Origin: Escherichia phage FP43
DNA: 64,000 bases
Direction: 5' to 3' (one strand)
Sequence record: MN648445
A program made the position numbers and the translations under genes. This document shows positions 56,414 to 64,000 of the stretch, piece after piece (the first letter of the stretch is position 1; the number at the start of each line of letters is the position of its first letter). The notes under the pieces were generated by a model. That model did no database searches. It was not told where the DNA came from and was given only the letters and a program-made list of their open reading frames with translations.

Positions 56414-59125
56414 ATGAAAGAATTTTACTTAACGGTTGAACAGATTGGTGATTCAATTTTTGAACGTTACATCGATTCTAATGGCCGTGAACGTACTCGT
56501 GAAGTAGAGTATAAGCCATCGTTGTTTGCACATTGTCCTGAAAGTCAGGCTACGAAATATTACGATATCTATGGTAAACCTTGTACTCGTAAATTATTCG
56601 CTAACATGCGTGATGCCTCCCAATGGATTAAACGCATGGAAGATATCGGACTTGAAGCACTTGGCATGGACGATTTCAAATTGGCGTATTTGTCTGACAC
56701 TTATAACTATGAAATCAAATACGACCATACAAAAATTCGTGTGGCTAACTTCGACATCGAAGTAACATCTCCGGACGGGTTCCCTGAGCCGTCACAAGCA
56801 AAACATCCGATTGATGCTATCACCCATTATGACTCAATTGATGACAGGTTTTATGTATTTGACCTTTTGAATTCTCCATACGGTAATGTAGAAGAATGGT
56901 CTATCGAAATTGCGGCTAAGCTTCAAGAACAAGGTGGTGATGAAGTTCCATCCGAAATTATCGATAAAATCATTTATATGCCGTTCGATAACGAAAAAGA
57001 ATTGTTAATGGAATATCTCAACTTCTGGCAACAGAAAACTCCTGTCATTTTGACTGGATGGAACGTTGAGTCATTTGATATTCCATATGTGTATAACAGA
57101 ATCAAGAATATTTTTGGTGAATCTACTGCGAAACGTTTATCACCACATCGTAAAACTCGTGTTAAAGTTATCGAAAACATGTATGGTTCTCGTGAAATCA
57201 TTACATTGTTCGGTATCTCTGTTCTTGATTACATTGACCTTTACAAAAAATTCTCTTTTACCAATCAACCGTCGTATTCTCTGGATTACATTTCAGAATT
57301 TGAATTGAACGTTGGTAAACTGAAATATGACGGCCCTATTTCTAAGCTTCGTGAAAGCAATCACCAACGATATATTTCTTATAACATCATCGACGTGTAT
57401 CGTGTATTGCAAATTGATGCTAAGCGCCAGTTCATCAACTTGAGTTTGGACATGGGTTATTATGCTAAGATACAGATTCAATCTGTGTTCAGCCCAATTA
57501 AAACATGGGATGCTATTATTTTTAATAGCCTTAAAGAGCAGAACAAGGTGATTCCACAAGGTCGTTCTCACCCGGTTCAACCTTATCCCGGTGCTTTTGT
57601 TAAGGAACCTATTCCAAATCGATACAAATATGTAATGAGTTTCGACCTTACATCTCTGTATCCAAGTATTATTCGCCAAGTGAATATTAGCCCAGAAACA
57701 ATAGCAGGAACGTTTAAAGTAGCTCCACTGCATGATTATATTAACGCAATCGCTGAACGTCCTTCAGATGTGTACAGTTGTTCTCCTAACGGCATGATGT
57801 ATTATAAAGACCGTGATGGTGTAGTTCCAACTGAAATCACTAAGGTCTTTAATCAACGTAAAGAACATAAAGGTTACATGCTTGCGGCTCAACGTAATGG
57901 TGAAATAATTAAAGAGGCGTTGCATAATCCTAATCTTTCTGTTGACGAACCATTAGATGTTGATTATCGTTTCGACTTCAGCGATGAGATTAAAGAAAAG
58001 ATTAAAAAGTTGTCTGCTAAATCTCTTAATGAAATGTTGTTTAGAGCTCAACGTACTGAAGTTGCAGGTATGACTGCACAAATTAACCGTAAATTGCTCA
58101 TCAACTCGCTTTATGGTGCACTTGGAAACGTTTGGTTCCGTTATTACGATTTGCGTAATGCTACTGCAATCACAACATTTGGTCAAATGGCTTTACAGTG
58201 GATTGAACGTAAAGTTAATGAATACCTGAATGAAGTTTGTGGTACAGAAGGCGAAGCTTTCGTTCTTTATGGTGATACAGACTCTATTTACGTATCTGCT
58301 GATAAAATTATCGATAAGGTTGGTGAATCTAAATTCCGTGATACCAACCATTGGGTAGACTTCTTAGATAAGTTTGCTCGTGAACGTATGGAACCGGCTA
58401 TTGATAGAGGTTTCCGTGAAATGTGTGAATACATGAATAATAAGCAACATTTGATGTTCATGGACCGAGAAGCTATTGCTGGTCCTCCGCTCGGTTCTAA
58501 AGGTATTGGTGGATTCTGGACTGGTAAGAAACGTTATGCATTAAACGTGTGGGATATGGAAGGAACTAGATACGCTGAGCCTAAACTCAAAATCATGGGT
58601 CTAGAGACTCAGAAATCTTCGACCCCTAAAGCAGTACAGAAAGCTCTTAAAGAATGTATTCGTCGTATGCTTCAAGAAGGTGAAGAATCATTACAAGAAT
58701 ATTTTAAAGAGTTTGAAAAAGAATTCCGTCAATTGAATTATATTAGCATCGCGTCAGTATCTTCTGCGAATAACATTGCTAAATACGACGTTGGTGGATT
58801 CCCTGGTCCTAAATGCCCGTTCCATATTCGTGGAATTCTGACATATAACAGAGCTATCAAAGGTAATATTGATGCTCCACAAGTTGTAGAAGGCGAAAAG
58901 GTATACGTTCTGCCTTTACGTGATGGAAACCCGTTCGGTGATAAATGTATCGCATGGCCTTCTGGTACTGAAATCACAGATTTAATTAAAGACGACGTAC
59001 TTCATTGGATGGACTACACTGTTCTCCTTGAGAAGACATTTATTAAACCACTTGAAGGATTCACATCAGCAGCGAAACTCGATTACGAGAAGAAAGCATC
59101 TCTGTTCGATATGTTCGATTTTTGA
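56414..59125 (+). CDS. 43: DNA polymerase gp43 (family B)
   Basis: 903 aa; exo motif FDIEV, polymerase motif YGDTDS; N-terminus MKEFYLTVEQIGDSIFERYIDSNGRERT... matches RB69 gp43 as recalled. Confidence 0.93.
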   Translation: MKEFYLTVEQIGDSIFERYIDSNGRERTREVEYKPSLFAHCPESQATKYYDIYGKPCTRKLFANMRDASQWIKRMEDIGLEALGMDDFKLAYLSDTYNYEIKYDHTKIRVANFDIEVTSPDGFPEPSQAKHPIDAITHYDSIDDRFYVFDLLNSPYGNVEEWSIEIAAKLQEQGGDEVPSEIIDKIIYMPFDNEKELLMEYLNFWQQKTPVILTGWNVESFDIPYVYNRIKNIFGESTAKRLSPHRKTRVKVIENMYGSREIITLFGISVLDYIDLYKKFSFTNQPSYSLDYISEFELNVGKLKYDGPISKLRESNHQRYISYNIIDVYRVLQIDAKRQFINLSLDMGYYAKIQIQSVFSPIKTWDAIIFNSLKEQNKVIPQGRSHPVQPYPGAFVKEPIPNRYKYVMSFDLTSLYPSIIRQVNISPETIAGTFKVAPLHDYINAIAERPSDVYSCSPNGMMYYKDRDGVVPTEITKVFNQRKEHKGYMLAAQRNGEIIKEALHNPNLSVDEPLDVDYRFDFSDEIKEKIKKLSAKSLNEMLFRAQRTEVAGMTAQINRKLLINSLYGALGNVWFRYYDLRNATAITTFGQMALQWIERKVNEYLNEVCGTEGEAFVLYGDTDSIYVSADKIIDKVGESKFRDTNHWVDFLDKFARERMEPAIDRGFREMCEYMNNKQHLMFMDREAIAGPPLGSKGIGGFWTGKKRYALNVWDMEGTRYAEPKLKIMGLETQKSSTPKAVQKALKECIRRMLQEGEESLQEYFKEFEKEFRQLNYISIASVSSANNIAKYDVGGFPGPKCPFHIRGILTYNRAIKGNIDAPQVVEGEKVYVLPLRDGNPFGDKCIAWPSGTEITDLIKDDVLHWMDYTVLLEKTFIKPLEGFTSAAKLDYEKKASLFDMFDF

Positions 59126-59165
59126 TATAATGCCATGGACGGTAAACTAATTAAATGAGAGAAAT

Positions 59166-59801
59166 ATGAAAACTACACCAATCACTATCGCTATTGACGC
59201 AATCGTAAAACAAGCTTCATCTCTTGCCACTATGGCTAAAGTAATTAGTCAAAACTCTGCCCGATATAATGCTATTCTTGAAACTCTTCGTCGCCCTGGA
59301 CTGAGTAATTATGAAAGCCGAGTAATTATTACAGGTGTTGGTAAGAACGCTAATATCGCAACTAAAGCTTCCGAGACTTTTGCTTCACTAGGTATTCCTA
59401 GCATGTATTTGAACACCGGGCATTATTCTCATGGCGACGCAGGATTTATTGCACCTAATGATGTATTAGTTCACATCAGTCGTTCTGGTAAGACTGAAGA
59501 AATGATAGGTGTTGCTAAACATCTTCGTATGATTCGTCCTCAGGTTAAACAGATTCTGTTACATTGTAACCCTGACATTCCGCAAGAATACGAAGCTCTT
59601 TTTGATTATACGTTCTGTACAGGCATCGCGGTAGAGGTTGATGAGAATTCTCTGGCTCCGACCATGTCCACTACATTGTTGTTAGCGCTTATCGATACGT
59701 TTGCTATCAACCTTTCGTCTGAACGTGGATTTACCTCTAATGACTTCCTTAAGTTCCACCCTGGTGGTGCACTAGGTGCCATGTTACGAGGCGAACAATG
59801 A
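59166..59801 (+). CDS. SIS-domain sugar-phosphate isomerase (GmhA/KdsD-like)
   Basis: 211 aa; GVGKNANIATKASETF and C-terminal HPGGALG typical of SIS isomerases. Confidence 0.65.
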   Translation: MKTTPITIAIDAIVKQASSLATMAKVISQNSARYNAILETLRRPGLSNYESRVIITGVGKNANIATKASETFASLGIPSMYLNTGHYSHGDAGFIAPNDVLVHISRSGKTEEMIGVAKHLRMIRPQVKQILLHCNPDIPQEYEALFDYTFCTGIAVEVDENSLAPTMSTTLLLALIDTFAINLSSERGFTSNDFLKFHPGGALGAMLRGEQ

Positions 59802-59941
59802 AAGCAATAACAATAGGACTTTTACTATTGATGCTTGTCATGACTATCTACTGGAGCTTAACGGCTCCAGTAATGATTCCGACTCTTATAATCGGATGGA
59901 TTATGATTGGACTACAAGCAAAGTATGAATGCTTTAACTAG
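59798..59941 (+). CDS. 47-aa two-helix membrane peptide
   Basis: MKAITIGLLLLMLVMTIYWSLTAPVMIPTLIIGWIMIGL...; ATGA overlap with isomerase stop; below ORF-track cutoff. Confidence 0.35.
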   Translation: MKAITIGLLLLMLVMTIYWSLTAPVMIPTLIIGWIMIGLQAKYECFN

Positions 59942-59982
59942 AATAGTGTACGATACACCTACTTACCAATGAGGACCACAAC

Positions 59983-61668
59983 ATGAAAAAAGCTGTTATT
60001 CTTGGTGCTGGACTGGCAACTCGTTTGTATCCAATAACGCACCATATTCCTAAGGTGCTTGTTAACTATAAACAAGACACTATTCTGAGCAATTTGTATA
60101 CAATTTATTCTGACCTTGGCGCAGATGAAATTATTGTAGTAGTTCATTCAAAATTTGCTGAAACTGTTCGAGCTTATTGCGAGCAAGAAGGGTTCAATGT
60201 GACTATTCGTACAGTTGATGAAGCGTATGGTTCTGCTTATGCTCTTGCTAAATTATACAAAGATTTAGATGGCCATAACGTAATTGTTAACTGGTGTGAT
60301 ATTATTCCTGACTTTGGTTCATGGTCTTGGAATGTTAACGCAATCTATGTTAAGGGTGATGAATGTCGATATAATTTCGATGGTGAAAATATCACTAACG
60401 TAGGTTCAACAGGTGGTAATGTTGTAGGAATTTATCAGTTCAAAGACTGGGAATTCTACATGGGTTCTACTGATGAGGAAATTCACGAATACTGCAAAGG
60501 TCGTGATTTCGTAGAATTCCTTTACGGCAGTGCATTCAATAAATCAGAGCTTATGAATCTAATTGATTTAGGTGATATGCCTAAACTTGAAAAGGCTCAT
60601 GAAGTTCGTGAACTGAATCGTAGTTTTAATGCAGTTGAAATTGGCGAAGAAACTGTAACTAAATTCGCGTTAACCGAACAAGGTCGAGCTCTTCAAAAAG
60701 ATGAGATTTCATGGTATTTGAAAGTGAAATCAGATTCAGTTCCTCAGTTAGTTTCGGTAAATGAAAATAATTTTGAAATGGAACGTATTAAAGGTAAGCC
60801 GGCATTTGAATATATTAAATCCAAATCAAGTCTTGCTCGTCCACAAATTGTTGATGCAATTTTAGATGCACTGAAATTCAGCACGGACACTTATTTTGTA
60901 AGTCCTGAAACTGTTCGCCGTGATTTCACTAAAGAGTTCTATACGAAAGTTATTGATCGTTGTGAAAGCATTCAGCCATTGATTGATTCATTTGGTAAAA
61001 TCACACATGTGAACTACACTAAGATTGGACGTCTGAAGCCAATGTTGAAACAAGCTTTAGAACATCTTATTCGTTATCATAACCGTTCTCAGGGACAGTA
61101 CTCTGTTATTCATGGTGACCCGAACTTCAGTAATACTATGATTACCGATAACGGCGAAGTCAAGTTTATCGACCCTCGTGGATATTTTGGTGAAACCAAG
61201 ATTTACGGGCCAAAATTGTATGATGAAGCTAAAGTGCTTTATGCTGTTTCAGGTTATGATGAATTCAATGCTAATCCGACCTGGGGTCAGTTTACTATTG
61301 ATGAAACAACTTGTAATGTGACTATTAACATCAATCCATTAGTTTACAAATATGGAAAGATGAGTTCGTTTAACGAGTATCATCATTTGGCAGTAGCAAT
61401 TATCTGGATTGCATTAGGTGGTTATTTCAAGAATAATCCACTTAAAGCGGTTGCCGCATATTATAAAGGTATGGAACTTCTGACTAAGCAATTACGTAAC
61501 ATGGGCCGTGTACTTCAAGACGGCTCTATTAGTTATGACGTAGCAGAACCTGTAACGGCTACTCTGATTACAAAAAATCCTGGTAAATGGGTACTAACTG
61601 ATAAAGAAACTGGTGTTTCCTATCGTCCAATCGGCGGCGATATCACTCATCAATGGGAACGAATCTAA
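59983..61668 (+). CDS. Bifunctional sugar-1-phosphate nucleotidyltransferase / sugar kinase
   Basis: 561 aa; N-terminal MKKAVILGAGLATRLYP (RmlA/GlmU-like); C-terminal HGDPNFSN ... IDPRG (APH/choline-kinase-like). Confidence 0.65.
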   Translation: MKKAVILGAGLATRLYPITHHIPKVLVNYKQDTILSNLYTIYSDLGADEIIVVVHSKFAETVRAYCEQEGFNVTIRTVDEAYGSAYALAKLYKDLDGHNVIVNWCDIIPDFGSWSWNVNAIYVKGDECRYNFDGENITNVGSTGGNVVGIYQFKDWEFYMGSTDEEIHEYCKGRDFVEFLYGSAFNKSELMNLIDLGDMPKLEKAHEVRELNRSFNAVEIGEETVTKFALTEQGRALQKDEISWYLKVKSDSVPQLVSVNENNFEMERIKGKPAFEYIKSKSSLARPQIVDAILDALKFSTDTYFVSPETVRRDFTKEFYTKVIDRCESIQPLIDSFGKITHVNYTKIGRLKPMLKQALEHLIRYHNRSQGQYSVIHGDPNFSNTMITDNGEVKFIDPRGYFGETKIYGPKLYDEAKVLYAVSGYDEFNANPTWGQFTIDETTCNVTININPLVYKYGKMSSFNEYHHLAVAIIWIALGGYFKNNPLKAVAAYYKGMELLTKQLRNMGRVLQDGSISYDVAEPVTATLITKNPGKWVLTDKETGVSYRPIGGDITHQWERI

Positions 61669-62054
61669 TGCACCGTGTAGAAAACATGCTTAATCTTTGT
61701 TTTGATGTCGATGATTGTATAACAGAGTGGAATAACAATCGTGATTACGTGAACTTCAAACCAGACGTCGAAATGGTGTCTGCCATTAATGCCCTGTATG
61801 ATGCAGGGCATACCATAACGCTTTACACTGCCCGTGGTATGAAGTCGGTAGGTCCTGGTCGTATAGCAATTGACATTCTCCCAAGTCTGATTCAGAACTT
61901 GGAAAACATTGGTTTGAAGTACCATAATTTGCTAACACATAAACCAGTATATGATTGGATTATCGACGACAAAGCTATGCGTCCTGACGAATTCAAAGCT
62001 CTTATGAATAAAGGCGAATTCGAAACATTTAAATCATATAAACCAAATCTATAA
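61668..62054 (+). CDS. HAD-superfamily phosphatase (small, KdsC/GmhB-like)
   Basis: 128 aa; motif I FDVDDCIT, motif II ITLYTAR, Lys in HKP, motif IV IIDD. Confidence 0.6.
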   Translation: MHRVENMLNLCFDVDDCITEWNNNRDYVNFKPDVEMVSAINALYDAGHTITLYTARGMKSVGPGRIAIDILPSLIQNLENIGLKYHNLLTHKPVYDWIIDDKAMRPDEFKALMNKGEFETFKSYKPNL

Positions 62055-62100
62055 TAATTTAAGTAAGACCTGCAAAAACCATCGCATCAATTAACGCGAG

Positions 62101-63273
62101 ATGCAAAAAAAAATGAATACTTTTAAAATCGGAACGAATTTTGATTTAGCTCTTCTTGATAAAATCGTAGAGCTCAATAAAACCTATCCTAATAGCTTGA
62201 TAAACGAAGTATATGGCTCTACAAGAGAAATGGCTTTTGTAGCAGCCAGACCTGATTTTAGGCTTCCTGACGTTGACAAAAAGATGTTAGAAGATTACGT
62301 TAAACGTTGTAACGAATTAGGTATTTGCTTTAACTATACACTCAACACGATAAATCCTGGTTCAAAAAGAGAACTAGTTGAGTGGAAGAAGAAAGCTATT
62401 CAGGATTATGTTCAGTATCTTTGGTCAATAGGCGTATGGCGTATTACTATCGCTAACCCTGTTGTTATGGAAATTGTTCGTGAAGTCAATAAAGATATTG
62501 AGATTGAAGTTTCAACAATTCTACATGTTGATGCTGTAACTCAAATCAAATACTTGCATGACCAATATAACATCAAAAAGGTCTGTTGCGGAATTCATAA
62601 GAACCGTTCAGTTTCTTTCCTGAAGCGTGCAGCAGAGTTTTGCAATAAGAACAATATAATATTTGAAGTTCTTGTAAATGAGTTCTGTTCTAATGCTGGT
62701 AAAGGGTATACAACACATTGTAGCTATCGTGACTCTTGCTATATTTTCCATAGTACTGATGTTACCGCTGATGATGCTAAATCCTTAAATGGATATCCTA
62801 TGCAGCACTGTATTAAAGCTCGTGATACAGACCCATTTAACTGGTTGAGAACTCGTTTTGTTCGTCCTCAAGATTTGAAACTTTATAATGATATTGGTAT
62901 CACTCAATTTAAAGTTTCAGGACGTACAGGTAGCACAGACTACATTTTGAAAGTTCTTGAAGCATACGCTTCTGAAAAGTTTGAAGGTAATTTGTTAGAA
63001 CTGTGGAAGCCTTTAGAGACTATTTTCACTCTTGAAAATGAGACTGAGTTTTCACATACAGTAAATATTGAAACCTCTTTGTTAGATGGCTTTTTAGAAA
63101 AAAGGTGGTTCAGACATCCAGATTTTGATTGTGCTAATGAAATCTGTGGGTCAACGTGTACATATTGTGAAAGGTATTATAAACGTCAATTATCTAAAAA
63201 CGGGTTAGCAGAAAACTCCATATCTATTATTGATATAACTAACTCTGATGACGCTTTGAGGTACCCGGAATGA
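62101..63273 (+). CDS. U32-family protein (peptidase U32 / prephenate-dependent hydroxylase fold)
   Basis: 390 aa; blocks align by eye to U32 proteins: IANPVVMEIVRE, IIFEVLVNEFC, KVSGRTGSTDY (cf. KIEGRTKSFYY), plus C-terminal Cys cluster. Confidence 0.6.
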   Translation: MQKKMNTFKIGTNFDLALLDKIVELNKTYPNSLINEVYGSTREMAFVAARPDFRLPDVDKKMLEDYVKRCNELGICFNYTLNTINPGSKRELVEWKKKAIQDYVQYLWSIGVWRITIANPVVMEIVREVNKDIEIEVSTILHVDAVTQIKYLHDQYNIKKVCCGIHKNRSVSFLKRAAEFCNKNNIIFEVLVNEFCSNAGKGYTTHCSYRDSCYIFHSTDVTADDAKSLNGYPMQHCIKARDTDPFNWLRTRFVRPQDLKLYNDIGITQFKVSGRTGSTDYILKVLEAYASEKFEGNLLELWKPLETIFTLENETEFSHTVNIETSLLDGFLEKRWFRHPDFDCANEICGSTCTYCERYYKRQLSKNGLAENSISIIDITNSDDALRYPE

Positions 63274-63509
63274 TTTCTAGAAAAAGTTTTAATTATAAAC
63301 TTAACGAAGAGATTTTGACTATGAAACTGAACACTAACGAACAAATTCTTAAAAAGGCCCTTATGGGCCTGTTTGAAACCAAAGCGGCTAAAGTGATTAA
63401 AGAACCTGTTCAATTGGAATACTACACTGATGCATTCCTTCATAGTGTTCTTGGAAGTATAGATTCTGAAGCTTTACGTTATATCAACATTGTCAAGAAA
63501 TTCAAATAA
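63270..63509 (+). CDS. Hypothetical protein
   Basis: 79-aa ORF with ATGA overlap. Confidence 0.4.
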   Translation: MISRKSFNYKLNEEILTMKLNTNEQILKKALMGLFETKAAKVIKEPVQLEYYTDAFLHSVLGSIDSEALRYINIVKKFK

Positions 63510-63532
63510 GCTTTACGAATTGAGTATATAAT
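63510..63532 (+). promoter_or_regulatory. Middle-type promoter upstream of the TS-family gene
   Basis: GCTTTA 63510..63515, 11 nt, TATAAT 63527..63532. Confidence 0.45.
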
Positions 63533-63568
63533 AAATTGTATTGAGGTAAACATGGAAAATATAACACA

Positions 63569-64000
63569 ATGAAATATATCAAAGCCGCAGATTTTCAAGC
63601 CGCATTTAAAGCAGTCAATCGTGAAATTTTAGAAAACCCCGAATTCGTAACTGATTCTCGTATTGGACGTTGTAATGAAATCGGGTCCATGACAGTAGTT
63701 GTTGACAATCCATCATCATTCAAAATGACCGACCCACGTATTAACCGCATCTCTTATGAATATGCCGAAGACTTCTGGAAGTTTATGATTTCTGGTGGTA
63801 CTGATGCAGAAGAAGCGTTTAAGGCATATCCTAATGTCGCTAAATTCATTTCTAAACCAAAATCAGATGCTTTGCCTGCGAACTTCAACACTTTCTACGG
63901 TCCTCGCATTGTGGCCCAATTACCAGCTCTTCTAAAAGAACTTAAAGAGAAACCTAACTCTCGAAGAGTTGTGTTCCAAATTCTAGAAAGTTCTGATCAG
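63569..64000 (+). CDS. 42: Thymidylate-synthase-family pyrimidine hydroxymethylase (gene 42 position), N-terminal part; 3' end beyond window
   Basis: TS-like blocks AEDFWKFMISGG and KPNSRRVV (cf. PDSRR); position next to gene 43 as for T4 gene 42; N-terminus diverges from T4 gp42 as recalled. Confidence 0.55.
   Translation, partial: MKYIKAADFQAAFKAVNREILENPEFVTDSRIGRCNEIGSMTVVVDNPSSFKMTDPRINRISYEYAEDFWKFMISGGTDAEEAFKAYPNVAKFISKPKSDALPANFNTFYGPRIVAQLPALLKELKEKPNSRRVVFQILESSDQ

Overview
This 64-kb window is a contiguous piece of a T4-like (Tevenvirinae) phage genome, colinear with the T4 map from baseplate gene 8 to the gene-42 position. Minus strand: gp8 (partial), gp7, gp6, gp5.4, gp5.1, gp5, gp53. 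Plus strand: 4, 2, 3, 1, 57A, 57B, internal-protein-like genes, two tRNAs, a long accessory block, nudE, e, denV, regB, tk, rI, a second accessory block, nrdC, 49, nrdD, nrdG, an nrdH-like glutaredoxin, 55, 47, 46, 45.2, rpbA, 45, 44, 62, regA, 43, and the start of a thymidylate-synthase-family gene. From memory the gp43 (903 aa) and gp45 sequences look like phage RB69 or a very close relative; I could not run a search to confirm this. The most interesting locus is a 4.4-kb insertion between gene 43 and the gene-42 position (59166..63509). It encodes a SIS sugar-phosphate isomerase, a nucleotidyltransferase/kinase fusion, a HAD phosphatase and a U32-family protein, which together look like an NDP-sugar pathway for DNA hypermodification; no alpha-glucosyltransferase-sized gene is present at the 55-47 position. 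Other notable features are at least five genes with the capsid-targeting leader of T4 internal proteins, two small paralogous protein families defined by C-terminal motifs, and about 20 early-promoter cassettes with inverted repeats around the -10 element, some of which sequester the downstream Shine-Dalgarno. All product names rest on motif reading and recalled T4 gene sizes and synteny, not on database searches.
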